IMG/VR virus record: IMGVR_UViG_3300020434_000055
Length of the DNA: 64,000 nucleotides
Origin: a virus
Lineage: Duplodnaviria; Caudoviricetes
Direction: 5' to 3' (one strand)
Position 1 is the stretch's first letter. Each line of letters opens with the position of its first letter. The notes below the pieces were generated by a model. It was not told where the DNA came from and made no database searches. It saw only the letters and a list, made by a program, of their open reading frames with translations. The translations under genes were made by a program, and so were the position numbers. Below are positions 1 through 11,289 of this stretch, piece by piece.

Positions 1-3000
1 ACTAGAAAGATTATCATTTTGGTAAGTAACTTTTTGTTTAAGGTCACCTACATTGTGTTTTGCCTTTACAAAACTTGTTTTAAATGCAAAATCTATTAAT
101 TTATTTTCGCTAAATGCATATCTTAAACTAGAAAAGAAAAGTTTGTTATATTCTACTTTTAAATCATCAACAAATATTTTATCTCGTAAAGTTTCTAAAA
201 TTGTTCTTGCTTCTATTACTGGTTGTCGATCATACAATACAGTATCATAACTAGTTGATTCATATCCTACAGTGCTTGAAGTAAAATTATATAAAGAATC
301 TTCAAATGCAATTGTACCATTTTGTCTTCCAACAGTTTTATAATTTACAGTATAATCTACATTAGGTTGATCATCTATTTTTTCTAATATTAACCATCCA
401 CCAGATCCTATATTTTCAATTTTTACTATATCTCCTACTTCATCAGATAAAGAATCTAACAAATATGATTGACTAATAGCATAATCTATTACTGTAAATT
501 GGCTGTATCCTACATCATACCAATCAACATATTTCCAATAAAGATCAACATTATATTTTTGTGATGATGTTCTATTCCAACTACTTAAATCTGTGTCATA
601 TGAATGTATTGCCCACTTACCAGCAATTCCAATATCACTGCTTACAAGTACACTAAATTTTCTAACAACAATTTTTGCCGCCGCAGTATAATTTTCTCCA
701 GAAGCTTTCACAATTGCACTAGTAATTTTTCCATCACCATCAATTGCTAATTCTATTACTGCACCTTTTCCATTATCACCTATAATTTCATACGTAGGAA
801 TAGTTTTATATGCTTTACCTGGATCAAGAATAGATACAGAAGTAACTTTTCCATTTTTAATAATTGGCATTAAAGATGCCTGTTTAACTTGGCTAACTCC
901 TACAAAGTCTAAATCTCCTACTACATCTACTGTTTTATCATAAAGTCTAGTATATGTTGAAGGTAAAGGATCAGATTTTGTTAAAGGAGATAAATCTAAT
1001 TCATCTACAATTAAATGAGTTAATAATACAGAATTAATTTTTTCTATTACTTGTTTAAATGCTTCTTGATGATTAATAAACCATCCTTGTCTAGGTTTGT
1101 GTAAAGTTCCATATCTAAGTTTAGGACTTAAACCTTTATCAGGTACACTATTAAAGTTTTCATCATATCCAATTAAACTATTAAACCAAACTTTTTCTAT
1201 TTCTTTAGAAGGCATACTAGTTTCTAATCCTTCTGCCATAATTTGATATTCATTATGAATATTAAGTTCTTGATTAGCTATTGTCCAATAACGAACATTA
1301 AGAACAGTATCTAAACCATCCAATTGTGAATCACAATTAACTAGTGCAAATTTATTATTACTAAAAAATGTAACATATTTGTAACCTTGACCTTTAGGAT
1401 TATCTATAAGTTTAGCAATAGATTCTGCACTAAGATTTCTATATTCAAGTTCTGGTACTGATTGTTTATTTTTTACCCAATAATAATATTTAGGTGTAGT
1501 TATTTGAGCTATTTTATCGTAAACATTTCTAGTTACATATGCATTATCTACATATTTTGTTGTTCCAGTTACACCTAAAGCTACACCTTCAGAAGTATCT
1601 TTATATTGATCCCATTCACTAGGTTTGTAATCTGATTCTACCCACTCATATACATCAATAGATGATCCTACAAATTGTTTATTCCAATAATTATTGTTGA
1701 ATATAATATTACTTTGATAAGGATAATAATATTTTGCAGTACTTAAATCCCACCAAAGTCTTCCTACTTGTTCTGACGCCCAATAATTATTTTCATCTAT
1801 TACAACACTTGCAGTCGCAGTATTATAAACTGCTGGATCATAATAAGTTTTATAATATAATTCTTCTTCAGCAACACCTGGTATTTTACCTAACACAGGA
1901 TCAATATAATCTAAATTAGTAGTAACAACATTTGTTCTTTTATTATAAATGAACACACTTTTAATTTTATCAACATCTACTTGATCTACACCTTCGGCTG
2001 TTTGTGTCCAACTTGAAGCTCCTTTAGTTTTTCTAAAATCTACTATTGTTCCTGCATTCTTATCAGGTAACGTAAGTGAAGGCAATCCAACATAAATGTG
2101 ATTATCTTTAACCAACAAATTATTTCCAAATTCTACAATACCATCATTAGCATATGCAAATTTTTCAGCGTATAATAAAGAATTTCCTGATATTTCAAAT
2201 AAATGAACTACGCCACTATCAGACATTATTTTGTAAAATGTTGTTGCTCCTGTATCAAAAACTGTAGTTGTAGAATCAAATGCTGTATTAACTTGCATAT
2301 CTCCTTTTAGACTTGTAACTGCTAAAGTAGTGCCATCAAATCCTAACTGATGACCAAAGTTTTCTGAATTTTCACTATCAGGACTTACTAAACTTTGATT
2401 TAATACAAATACACCGTCTTGTTGAAGATATGTATAAACTATTCCTGCATCTACAGAATTAACAAAATCTTTTTTCGGACTACCTATAGCTATTATTGTA
2501 CCATCCTTAGATATGCTTACACTATTAGCAAAATTAATATTAGGTGAAGAATCTTCTGGAGTAGTAATAGTTTGAGAATATGTATAATAACCATTTTGTA
2601 ATCTATATACAGCAACTTTTTGTGCATCATTACCGTATAATAAATTAGATACAATAACTGTTCCTGTTGAATTTATATCGAATTGTTCTCCAAACATTAC
2701 TAAATTACTTTGATTTAGAGTTGAATCGCCTTCTAATGTTAACCCTGTATCATTAGGAACATAACCAAGATAATCTGTACCAGTACTTTGTAGAGTCCAA
2801 AAACTTTCGTCCCAAGCATTTGGTGAAAGATTAGTTTTTGCTTTGTATAATTCTAAATTATAAATTACTAAATCTCCTTCAGCATATGTAAGGGTTGGAT
2901 CGAACACACCCATATATAATTCATTTGTTCCTAACCACCAATTTTTAGTATTACTTTTTTTAATAAAATAAATTTTTCCAGCATTATTAGATATTAAATT

Positions 3001-6000
3001 ACCTTTAGCTCCTACATAAGCAACAGTTTCATCACCTACTTTTCTTATTTCTATTTTACTACCTAATCCTAAATTATCTTTAGTATCAGGTACTATGTAA
3101 GTACCATTGTATTCAAAGTCTCCACTTGTACCAAGTTCATAAATTACATATGCTCCTTGATTACTTTTAGCACTTTTATATCCGTCTCCTGCAATAATGT
3201 TGTATACTTGAAGATAATTTTTATTAGTATTTCCAGGTATTTCAGCAGTTCTTGCCACACCATCTAATGTAGATTCATCCCAGAACCAATATTCTAAATC
3301 AAAATGTCTTACTTCTATATCTGCTAAAGTTGTTGATTTTAATGTTTTTCCAGAATCAAATACAAAGTATGGTCCTCCTTGACCTAATGTATCTATTTGA
3401 GCTTCTTTAAGAACTCCTACTTTTCTATTTGGTGTTCCTAATAAAATTATATCAGTTGGAGCACCTGCATCACTTCCTTGAAAGAAAATGCCTGAAGCAT
3501 TTTTAAGAAATAATTGTAATCTATTAAATTCAATTGTTTTAACATAAGTGACTTCTGCTGTAGATCCTGATGTATCATCTTTTATATTATCGCCGACTAT
3601 TGGTACATAAAAATTACCTAAATTATCTGCTTGAGCATCTACAGTTATCCAACCATTCCATACGTCATTTATTGTAAGCTCTTTATTAATGTCAGCAAAA
3701 TCTAATCCCATTATACTTGGAGAAAAAACACTATTTTGATTATCTCTTAAAGTGTTTAACCAAGCATTAACAGTATTTCCAGCAACTTTGCCAGTCATAA
3801 CTCCTGGGCCTACTCTTAAAAAGAATCTTGAATCGGTAATTAAACCTGTAACAACAGGCTGACCTTGAATACTATAAGTTTTTTCATAAGATAAAATTCC
3901 TATTTCTGATGTTCTTACAACACCTGGTGAAGGAGTATTTTGAGATATTCCTAAAACATTAAAGTATTCATTTAGTGTTCTAGTAATTCCTTGTCTAATA
4001 ATATCTTGTACTACAAGATACGGGTTTGTTTCAGCACCTAAACTAGTATTAATAGTTGCCCCAACATCTATTTTCCACCAGCCACCTACGTAAGCATAAT
4101 CTTCTGTGAATGCTCGTATATAAGTTCCTACATTTATAGATCCTGCTTTAAGACTATCTGTAGTTGAAAAATTACCTTTAACATTTTTTAAGTAAATTAT
4201 AGATTGTGTACCTTCTTGATGCACATATGCTACTGTACCATCTGCTGTATCTGTACTAACAGTCTCGCCTCCATAAAGGCTGTTTAAAGTATCTGGTACA
4301 TTTAAAATATCATCTATTTTTTCTTGAATTACTTGTGACCCAGTAAGTACTGCTGTTACGTTTGCATCTACGCCATTAAATGGTTCATACGCAGAACCAC
4401 TTGGTGGTACAAAAGTATTAAATCCATTCCATTTTAATTGTAACTTATCTCCTACTGCTGTACCTTGATATTGATCTAATGATGCTCTAATTAATAAGTG
4501 ATCTGTAGTAGTATTTGGAAAAATATAATTTCCTACAATGATACTAGATATTGGGTCATAATTTCCTGTATTTGAATCATACGTTGATTCTTTTGCATGA
4601 GCATGACTGTCAAACGTTGTAAAGTCTACTGAAGGATCTTCAGCTAATATCGGATTTACAACTCTCCATAATTGTTGTTTATATTTTACTATGTCTCCTA
4701 TGACATATGTATTTGCTACATCATAATCTCCTTTGTAATAAGTTTTAACATTACTTGCCTCTGGGGCACCGACCATAAGATATTTTCCATCAGAACTTAT
4801 TGCTACGCTAGATCCGTATTTGCTACCAGCATCGAATACTTCTAAACTATTCAATATAGAATCTTGTGTTGGACAATCAATTGCTTGAACTAAAGTTGCT
4901 GTTGTGGCATCACTTGGTCTTTTAAAAATATAAACTTTTCCATCAGATTCATTTGGAGCACCTACTACTAAAATAGTATTTGAATCATTAGCTGACAATA
5001 CTTGGCCAAACAAAGTGTTTACTGTTACATTAGGATTAGATATTTCTTGGTGTGTTTTATATACAAATTTATTATTTAATACAGCCCATTTTTCATTGTC
5101 ATTTTGATCTACCCAAAATTTCTCATTACTTTGTAAACCACTGTCATTAATTTTTGAATTTATATCACTAATAGTTGCAATTCTTGATGATACAAATCGA
5201 CTTATATATCCTACTGCAGGATCTACAGCTACAACTGATTCGTTCTCATCACAAGTTATTACATTTAATTCTACTTTGTTTGCTTTTAAAGTATATGTAG
5301 AGTCACCTACTCTAATAGTAAAAATTTCACCAACAGTTATTTCTGCATTATTTTGTGTGGTAACTTTAACTAACTTGTTACTATCTAAAGTAATTAAAGT
5401 TATTTTTTGTTTAGAGTTAGAAAACTTAACAACATTCCAAGTATTATTATGATCACCTATCCATATATAGTTTCCTTCTTTTAATACAGAAGTATCCATA
5501 GTTAAAATATCATCATAATTTGCTATAGTAAAATCTATATCACTAGGATCTACTGGACCTGCAGTACGCAAATACGTATCTTTAATATATTTGGTCGGGA
5601 AAGGCGTATGTGCATAACCTTCAGGTTTAAGATATGTTTCATTATCTTTTTGTCTTATAACAAGATCTGTAGTTGTTGAATCTATGGTGTTAGTTAATTC
5701 AATAGGTTGTGGATTAAGTCTAAATTTACTTTCATCTAAAATATATTCTACTTCTTCAAATCCTTGAGTTACACCATAATGCCCTTTTCTTATAGCCCAT
5801 TCTTCATAAAATTCTACGCTATCTTTATCTGCACTACTTAATGCATCAAATAATTTAGTTAATGAATTTTTAGTTCCTTTGTCTTGAATGAATCCTTGAT
5901 AAAATTTATATTGAGATACATCATCATTAATTATATTTTGTAAGTATTGTCTTTTTTGATATCCTATTAAATGTTGTGCCATTCTTTGTTGACTTGAATC

Positions 6001-9000
6001 AAAATTATCTGTATCCAAATCATAAAAATCTGCAAATTGATTAGTTTTGTATTCAAAATTAGGTAATAAATCTGCTTTAGGTCTACCTTCTAATTTGCTC
6101 CATTCCTCATCATCAAAAGTAGCTGATCCTTTTATTTTATTTCTAGCAGTATAATAATATTCTTTATGTTTAACTAAATCACTCATTGCATAATCAGTAT
6201 AAGGTACCCAATCAACAACTAGAGCGTGGTCGTAAATAAATCCTGGAATGTTTAATCCACCTGTCCAGTCTTCTGTAATATAACCAAGAATTTTTATTCT
6301 ATCTTGTCTATAACCTGTCTCTGGATTATATATTGTATCATTGAATACAGTTGTATTATCAATTAATGCAACGTGTTCTTTTTGAACTAAAGGAATCTTA
6401 GCATAATAAATTCCATTAATAGTATTTTTAGTTAACAATTCATAGTCATTATATTTTTTTACTACTCTTATAAATTCTTTATCAAATTTAGTTCCATCTT
6501 CTTTAAATAATGTATAGTCATAAAAATTATCAAATACATTATCTCCTACACTATATTCTGTTTTTAACGTTAATTTATTAGCTAATGGACTTAAAGATAT
6601 AACTGATCCTTCTCCCCAATTCTGTGTAGTCCAGAATAAAAATTCTTTAGCACTCAATTGCCAATTAGCAACAGAACCTATATCACGATTAAATTCATTA
6701 AATTGAAAACCTTTAGATTCAAGATATTTTCCATAACCTAAAATAAAATCAACAACATCTTGAATTTTTCTAAACAAAGTACCATATGCAATTTCAGATG
6801 TAGTAGTTTCGAAATTTTGAGAAAATCTTGCTGAAGATCCTCCTTCAACAGGTAACTCTTTTAATAAAATAAATTTTGTATCATCAAATGTTGTACCCGA
6901 CATATGTTGTTCTTTTGTAGAATAAAAATCATTACTAAATTTTGCAATCATTCCTACATCATATCTTTTATTTTCTGCCCAATTAACATAAGAAGCACTT
7001 ATACCTCCTATTGTAAATTCTGGATCCATTGATTTTGTTATAGGTGCAAAATATTTAAGAGTTGGATCATTTTTATCATAACCTTTAATTGTAAATCCAG
7101 ATGTTAATTTTTCTATAATCAATCCACTGTAAGTTAATATATCTATAGGAGAACTTGTATTATAAATGATTTGATAATTTTCATCTGGTACAAATACGCT
7201 ACCTGTATTTGTAGGAGATTTACTATCTAATAATAATTTAAATTTGTCTTTTTTAGTATAACCACGAATTTTAAATCCTAATTGATTAGTAATTTTTTTA
7301 ACATTATTTCTGTAATCAGTATAATTTGTTAATACGTCAGTTTCAATGTATTCAAAAATATAATTTATTAAACCTGATGTATGCACTACTGTTTTATCAT
7401 TAACTGAATTTGGAAATTTTAAATTAGCTAATTTAAATCTAGAACTTGTATCTTTATATACAATTTGTTTTGCACTATTTCTAATTACTCTTGATCTATC
7501 AAATCCTAAAGACATAACATGACTTGGTTGATTTACTAACCATGCTGTTATAATTGCAAAAGGGTAATCCGAACTTCTTCTCCAAGCATTTTCCACTGGA
7601 GAATGATCACCAAATTTAAAAGGATTTCGAGTAAATTCTTGAACATACTCCTGAGCAAAATTACTATCAAGAGGACTTATAACTTCTCCTGAAGAATTAA
7701 CAGGAATATGTTTTAATAAATCTGGTCTTTTATATTCATCTTTTATTACAACATTTTTATCAGGTTCTCTAATTACACCGTCTTGTAAATCTTGCCATAA
7801 AATTAAATTATCACTAGTATAAGGAGCTGACCCATATGTAGTGTCCCACCAAGTTGGTTTTCCCACAAAACCTAACATCTCCCAAGGATGTGTATGTGGT
7901 CTATCTGTATCATAAGCGTGTTTATAAACACCTCTCCAGTGTCCTAACAAAGGATTTCCATCTGGACTAGACATATATCCATAATTGTAAGTAAACGAAT
8001 CAGTTCCACTATGATATGAATTTGTCGTATAATCGATATTATCTACATATGATAACCAATTAGTAAAATCTATTAATAAACTTTTATTGATAGCACTTAA
8101 AGAATAATCTGTTTTTCTGTATTCTCCTGGAACAAAATCAGTTAAATTAAATATTTCTGTATCATATTTTACTTTAATATTATTGTAAATTCTTTTTTCT
8201 AATTCTAATAATAAATCATCTCTATAATCATCATATGCAACACTAATATTTCCATCATGACCTTGAATCACATTGACTGGAGTTATTGCTGTAGTGTCAC
8301 TATATTTTGATGGTATAAATTTAGGATATAAACCTAATTTTGTTGGTGTTGCAGGAATAAAGCAACCATTTGTTGATTCATATTCAACAATAGTAAGAAT
8401 ATCATTTAATATTAAAGTAGATTTAATTTTTATAAATCCTTCTGTTGTAAATGTGTAATCTGTATCATGCAATAATTGTGCATCATTTTTATAAATTAAT
8501 ATAGATTTTGAACTTAATTCATCTAATGAAAATACATTTGTTAATTGATAATATGGATTACCTGGATCTGTAATTGTAAATGTTGTTTTCTTTGCTCCAC
8601 CATATCCTATCATATCTGTAAAATAAAAAGGATATGTAATTTTTCTTTTATTTTTATTCAGTCTTTTAATTACTTCATCGACCATTTGAGCTGGTGTGCC
8701 GTCAAATCCTAAATTTTTTGCTTGTTCAACAAATAACCTTTTAAATTTTGTGTATTCATGTTGAGAATGTCTTATTGCTTTAACAATATTGGCTTCTTTA
8801 TTACAAAGATGATATAAAGCAAGATTTATTAATCCAGAATGTTGTAGAAATTTTCTTCCATATTTAGATACATTACCTAAATCTCTTAAATTATTGCTAC
8901 CTGGAAACGATCCTTCAAATCCTGGAACTTCATCTACCATTGAATTTACGTGATCTCCTACTTGGCCTAAAGTAAATGTAGACAATTTATCATTTAAAGG

Positions 9001-11289
9001 ATTAGACTCAAGATTTTTAGGAAATTCGTAATATCCATTTTTATTTTTTATTGTGGCGCTTTTTGTTTTTAAATGAACTATGTCTCCAGCAGTTAAATCT
9101 TTTGTAAATCTTATATATGCTATACTATTAATTCTATTAATAGCATAATCAGTTGTTAATTTTTTAATTTTATGATTAACAAAAACTGTAACATCTAGGT
9201 CATTTATATCACCACTTTTATCATATACATCTACTGCAAAATCATTAACTAGAGTAGATACATCATATTGTCTAATAACTCTTTGATAACTTTTAACATC
9301 AGCAGTTTCCCAGCCAGACACAACTTTAAAAGTAGTTAAATCTGAATATTTTCTTAATAATCCTGAATTAGTATTTGTTGTTAATACAGTATCCCCAGAT
9401 TGATAAGAAAATGTCTCATTAATTAAATTAAAATCAAAAACAATATCTCCTATATTAGAAACATTTTGATATGTTAAAGGAAATCCTAATTCTGTATCAT
9501 TACTTCCTGTACCTTCTTTATAACTAAAAATTTTATTTCCGAAAAAATTAGTACTTGTATATGTAGATGAATCTGAAAAACTAATACCACTATCATCAAA
9601 TAAATCAAATTTAGGAGACTCATTAACTTTAGTTTTAGCTTGAGTTACTTTCCATTTAGAACCTGTATAATAATACATTTTTCCACTATTAACAGTTCCA
9701 TTTTTAATTAACACAACATCATTAGTAGTTGGAGTGGTGTCCGTAGCTTCTTTAAGAGCAATTTGTTTTGTAACTACACCATCTACAGTAAAATCTATAA
9801 TGTTTACATCATAAATTTTATTATTAACAGTTGAGTCAGTATCAGCAGTAACTAATAACCTCGTACCATGTGCCAATAATGTACCATCTACATAATATCC
9901 TGTTGACCCTTCTATATCAGACATTACATCAGTTGTTTTTGTATCTATTAAAGTAACATTGTCTTTAGCACCAGTACCAAATTGATGTAATTTTAATCCT
10001 GCCTCAAATTCTATAATAGGACGTTGTGCTCTTAATGTTTCATCAAATGTAGGAATTTCTTTATTAATTATTGCACTTGTTTCTATAACTGATTTATGTG
10101 TCCATCTATTATAACGTGACCAAGGGTTTTTATCTGGTGAAGACTTATTAATTACAATATAATCTTTTACAACTGCATATGTTGTTGCTGTTCCAAACCC
10201 TACTCTATCAAATTTTTGAGAATCAAAAGGAACTTCAAAAGTTTGAGAATATACACTAGGAATTTCTAAATCTTTATCTTTAATTAATTTAATAGATTCT
10301 CCTACACCTTCAACATACCATTCATCTGTTTTATATTTGTCTGGTGTTACATTTCCTCTAAAATTAACTTTCATTCCATTTGAAAGTTTTGTTCCATCTT
10401 CAAAAATATAAGTTTTTTTACCTATAAAATCTGCATCTACATTTATAGAAGTGTTTTCACTAATATTATAAATTTTAAATTCACCAAATACATTAATATC
10501 ATTAGCACTACCATAATATAAAAGATCAGGTGCGTTTATAGGTACTGTAAAAGTTACTGTTCCTGATTCTACGTTTTGTGCAGAAACTCCGTCATTATAA
10601 AGATAATCACTACTTAAAGATCTAACAGTTTTAATTGTAAAAGGTAAACCTTGTGTTGATATATCAAAATTATAAGTTTGACCTCTATATAATTTTAAAC
10701 TAGGATTTTGAGTTAACCCATCTGGGGTAAACAAATATGCATAACTATCTACATTGTTTTTAATTTCTACAGTATAGGTACTTTGAACATTTTCTTGTTG
10801 TCCGGTAACACTTACAGTCAATGGACCGTATGTCATCCAATAATATTCTCTAAAATTATAAAATTTGTCCCAATGTATATGAGGTGCCCAAGCATAAAAT
10901 TCTTGTTTATTAAGAATGCTATGATTATCTACATTACCACCTAACGCTTTAATTTGATTAATATAATCAATATAATCTTTATAAAAAATCGTATTATCTA
11001 AATCATCTTTGATTACTGTTCCTGATTCTAATTTATAATTTTCTCTATCAGATGATACTTCAGGTACATAAACATCACTAGTAGTATATGCTTTACTACT
11101 TTTTCTACCATAATAAGCACTTAATTTTTGTACCGATCCTGGTGATAATAATTGATCTACAGTACTATGAAGAAATTTTTCATTTACAGGTGTTCTAAAA
11201 TACTTAGGTAAGAATGCCGCTGTCTGACGCTTTTTGGGATCTGATCCTGCAGGTAAAGGATATTCTTTTTGATTTTTATCGTATGCCAT
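1..11289 (-). CDS. Giant virion structural protein (>3763 aa, truncated by the left window edge), baseplate-associated, in the gp7 position after gp6
   Basis: ATG at 11289 overlaps the gp6 stop (TAATG) and reads MAYDKNQKEYPLPAGSDPKKRQT. The same frame is open at the window start (KHNVGDLKQKVTYQNDNLSS) and at the spots I checked; absence from the ORF track fits an ORF with no stop in the window. It contains FG-GAP-like repeats (FGQVLSANDSNTILVVGAP and YGSSVAISSDGKYLMVGAP at ~4741-5020) and W..Y..GD.V.Y repeats. Confidence 0.85.
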   Translation of the reverse strand, partial: MAYDKNQKEYPLPAGSDPKKRQTAAFLPKYFRTPVNEKFLHSTVDQLLSPGSVQKLSAYYGRKSSKAYTTSDVYVPEVSSDRENYKLESGTVIKDDLDNTIFYKDYIDYINQIKALGGNVDNHSILNKQEFYAWAPHIHWDKFYNFREYYWMTYGPLTVSVTGQQENVQSTYTVEIKNNVDSYAYLFTPDGLTQNPSLKLYRGQTYNFDISTQGLPFTIKTVRSLSSDYLYNDGVSAQNVESGTVTFTVPINAPDLLYYGSANDINVFGEFKIYNISENTSINVDADFIGKKTYIFEDGTKLSNGMKVNFRGNVTPDKYKTDEWYVEGVGESIKLIKDKDLEIPSVYSQTFEVPFDSQKFDRVGFGTATTYAVVKDYIVINKSSPDKNPWSRYNRWTHKSVIETSAIINKEIPTFDETLRAQRPIIEFEAGLKLHQFGTGAKDNVTLIDTKTTDVMSDIEGSTGYYVDGTLLAHGTRLLVTADTDSTVNNKIYDVNIIDFTVDGVVTKQIALKEATDTTPTTNDVVLIKNGTVNSGKMYYYTGSKWKVTQAKTKVNESPKFDLFDDSGISFSDSSTYTSTNFFGNKIFSYKEGTGSNDTELGFPLTYQNVSNIGDIVFDFNLINETFSYQSGDTVLTTNTNSGLLRKYSDLTTFKVVSGWETADVKSYQRVIRQYDVSTLVNDFAVDVYDKSGDINDLDVTVFVNHKIKKLTTDYAINRINSIAYIRFTKDLTAGDIVHLKTKSATIKNKNGYYEFPKNLESNPLNDKLSTFTLGQVGDHVNSMVDEVPGFEGSFPGSNNLRDLGNVSKYGRKFLQHSGLINLALYHLCNKEANIVKAIRHSQHEYTKFKRLFVEQAKNLGFDGTPAQMVDEVIKRLNKNKRKITYPFYFTDMIGYGGAKKTTFTITDPGNPYYQLTNVFSLDELSSKSILIYKNDAQLLHDTDYTFTTEGFIKIKSTLILNDILTIVEYESTNGCFIPATPTKLGLYPKFIPSKYSDTTAITPVNVIQGHDGNISVAYDDYRDDLLLELEKRIYNNIKVKYDTEIFNLTDFVPGEYRKTDYSLSAINKSLLIDFTNWLSYVDNIDYTTNSYHSGTDSFTYNYGYMSSPDGNPLLGHWRGVYKHAYDTDRPHTHPWEMLGFVGKPTWWDTTYGSAPYTSDNLILWQDLQDGVIREPDKNVVIKDEYKRPDLLKHIPVNSSGEVISPLDSNFAQEYVQEFTRNPFKFGDHSPVENAWRRSSDYPFAIITAWLVNQPSHVMSLGFDRSRVIRNSAKQIVYKDTSSRFKLANLKFPNSVNDKTVVHTSGLINYIFEYIETDVLTNYTDYRNNVKKITNQLGFKIRGYTKKDKFKLLLDSKSPTNTGSVFVPDENYQIIYNTSSPIDILTYSGLIIEKLTSGFTIKGYDKNDPTLKYFAPITKSMDPEFTIGGISASYVNWAENKRYDVGMIAKFSNDFYSTKEQHMSGTTFDDTKFILLKELPVEGGSSARFSQNFETTTSEIAYGTLFRKIQDVVDFILGYGKYLESKGFQFNEFNRDIGSVANWQLSAKEFLFWTTQNWGEGSVISLSPLANKLTLKTEYSVGDNVFDNFYDYTLFKEDGTKFDKEFIRVVKKYNDYELLTKNTINGIYYAKIPLVQKEHVALIDNTTVFNDTIYNPETGYRQDRIKILGYITEDWTGGLNIPGFIYDHALVVDWVPYTDYAMSDLVKHKEYYYTARNKIKGSATFDDEEWSKLEGRPKADLLPNFEYKTNQFADFYDLDTDNFDSSQQRMAQHLIGYQKRQYLQNIINDDVSQYKFYQGFIQDKGTKNSLTKLFDALSSADKDSVEFYEEWAIRKGHYGVTQGFEEVEYILDESKFRLNPQPIELTNTIDSTTTDLVIRQKDNETYLKPEGYAHTPFPTKYIKDTYLRTAGPVDPSDIDFTIANYDDILTMDTSVLKEGNYIWIGDHNNTWNVVKFSNSKQKITLITLDSNKLVKVTTQNNAEITVGEIFTIRVGDSTYTLKANKVELNVITCDENESVVAVDPAVGYISRFVSSRIATISDINSKINDSGLQSNEKFWVDQNDNEKWAVLNNKFVYKTHQEISNPNVTVNTLFGQVLSANDSNTILVVGAPNESDGKVYIFKRPSDATTATLVQAIDCPTQDSILNSLEVFDAGSKYGSSVAISSDGKYLMVGAPEASNVKTYYKGDYDVANTYVIGDIVKYKQQLWRVVNPILAEDPSVDFTTFDSHAHAKESTYDSNTGNYDPISSIIVGNYIFPNTTTDHLLIRASLDQYQGTAVGDKLQLKWNGFNTFVPPSGSAYEPFNGVDANVTAVLTGSQVIQEKIDDILNVPDTLNSLYGGETVSTDTADGTVAYVHQEGTQSIIYLKNVKGNFSTTDSLKAGSINVGTYIRAFTEDYAYVGGWWKIDVGATINTSLGAETNPYLVVQDIIRQGITRTLNEYFNVLGISQNTPSPGVVRTSEIGILSYEKTYSIQGQPVVTGLITDSRFFLRVGPGVMTGKVAGNTVNAWLNTLRDNQNSVFSPSIMGLDFADINKELTINDVWNGWITVDAQADNLGNFYVPIVGDNIKDDTSGSTAEVTYVKTIEFNRLQLFLKNASGIFFQGSDAGAPTDIILLGTPNRKVGVLKEAQIDTLGQGGPYFVFDSGKTLKSTTLADIEVRHFDLEYWFWDESTLDGVARTAEIPGNTNKNYLQVYNIIAGDGYKSAKSNQGAYVIYELGTSGDFEYNGTYIVPDTKDNLGLGSKIEIRKVGDETVAYVGAKGNLISNNAGKIYFIKKSNTKNWWLGTNELYMGVFDPTLTYAEGDLVIYNLELYKAKTNLSPNAWDESFWTLQSTGTDYLGYVPNDTGLTLEGDSTLNQSNLVMFGEQFDINSTGTVIVSNLLYGNDAQKVAVYRLQNGYYTYSQTITTPEDSSPNINFANSVSISKDGTIIAIGSPKKDFVNSVDAGIVYTYLQQDGVFVLNQSLVSPDSENSENFGHQLGFDGTTLAVTSLKGDMQVNTAFDSTTTVFDTGATTFYKIMSDSGVVHLFEISGNSLLYAEKFAYANDGIVEFGNNLLVKDNHIYVGLPSLTLPDKNAGTIVDFRKTKGASSWTQTAEGVDQVDVDKIKSVFIYNKRTNVVTTNLDYIDPVLGKIPGVAEEELYYKTYYDPAVYNTATASVVIDENNYWASEQVGRLWWDLSTAKYYYPYQSNIIFNNNYWNKQFVGSSIDVYEWVESDYKPSEWDQYKDTSEGVALGVTGTTKYVDNAYVTRNVYDKIAQITTPKYYYWVKNKQSVPELEYRNLSAESIAKLIDNPKGQGYKYVTFFSNNKFALVNCDSQLDGLDTVLNVRYWTIANQELNIHNEYQIMAEGLETSMPSKEIEKVWFNSLIGYDENFNSVPDKGLSPKLRYGTLHKPRQGWFINHQEAFKQVIEKINSVLLTHLIVDELDLSPLTKSDPLPSTYTRLYDKTVDVVGDLDFVGVSQVKQASLMPIIKNGKVTSVSILDPGKAYKTIPTYEIIGDNGKGAVIELAIDGDGKITSAIVKASGENYTAAAKIVVRKFSVLVSSDIGIAGKWAIHSYDTDLSSWNRTSSQKYNVDLYWKYVDWYDVGYSQFTVIDYAISQSYLLDSLSDEVGDIVKIENIGSGGWLILEKIDDQPNVDYTVNYKTVGRQNGTIAFEDSLYNFTSSTVGYESTSYDTVLYDRQPVIEARTILETLRDKIFVDDLKVEYNKLFFSSLRYAFSENKLIDFAFKTSFVKAKHNVGDLKQKVTYQNDNLSS

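Noticed and set aside
53-8458. Short plus-strand ORFs in the track (53-250, 1734-1919, 8273-8458) and the many antisense ORFs elsewhere (e.g. 29414-30040, 33118-33980, 35359-35730)
   Set aside because: They lie antisense to long, motif-bearing genes, lack SDs, and have the composition expected of reverse-complement shadows.
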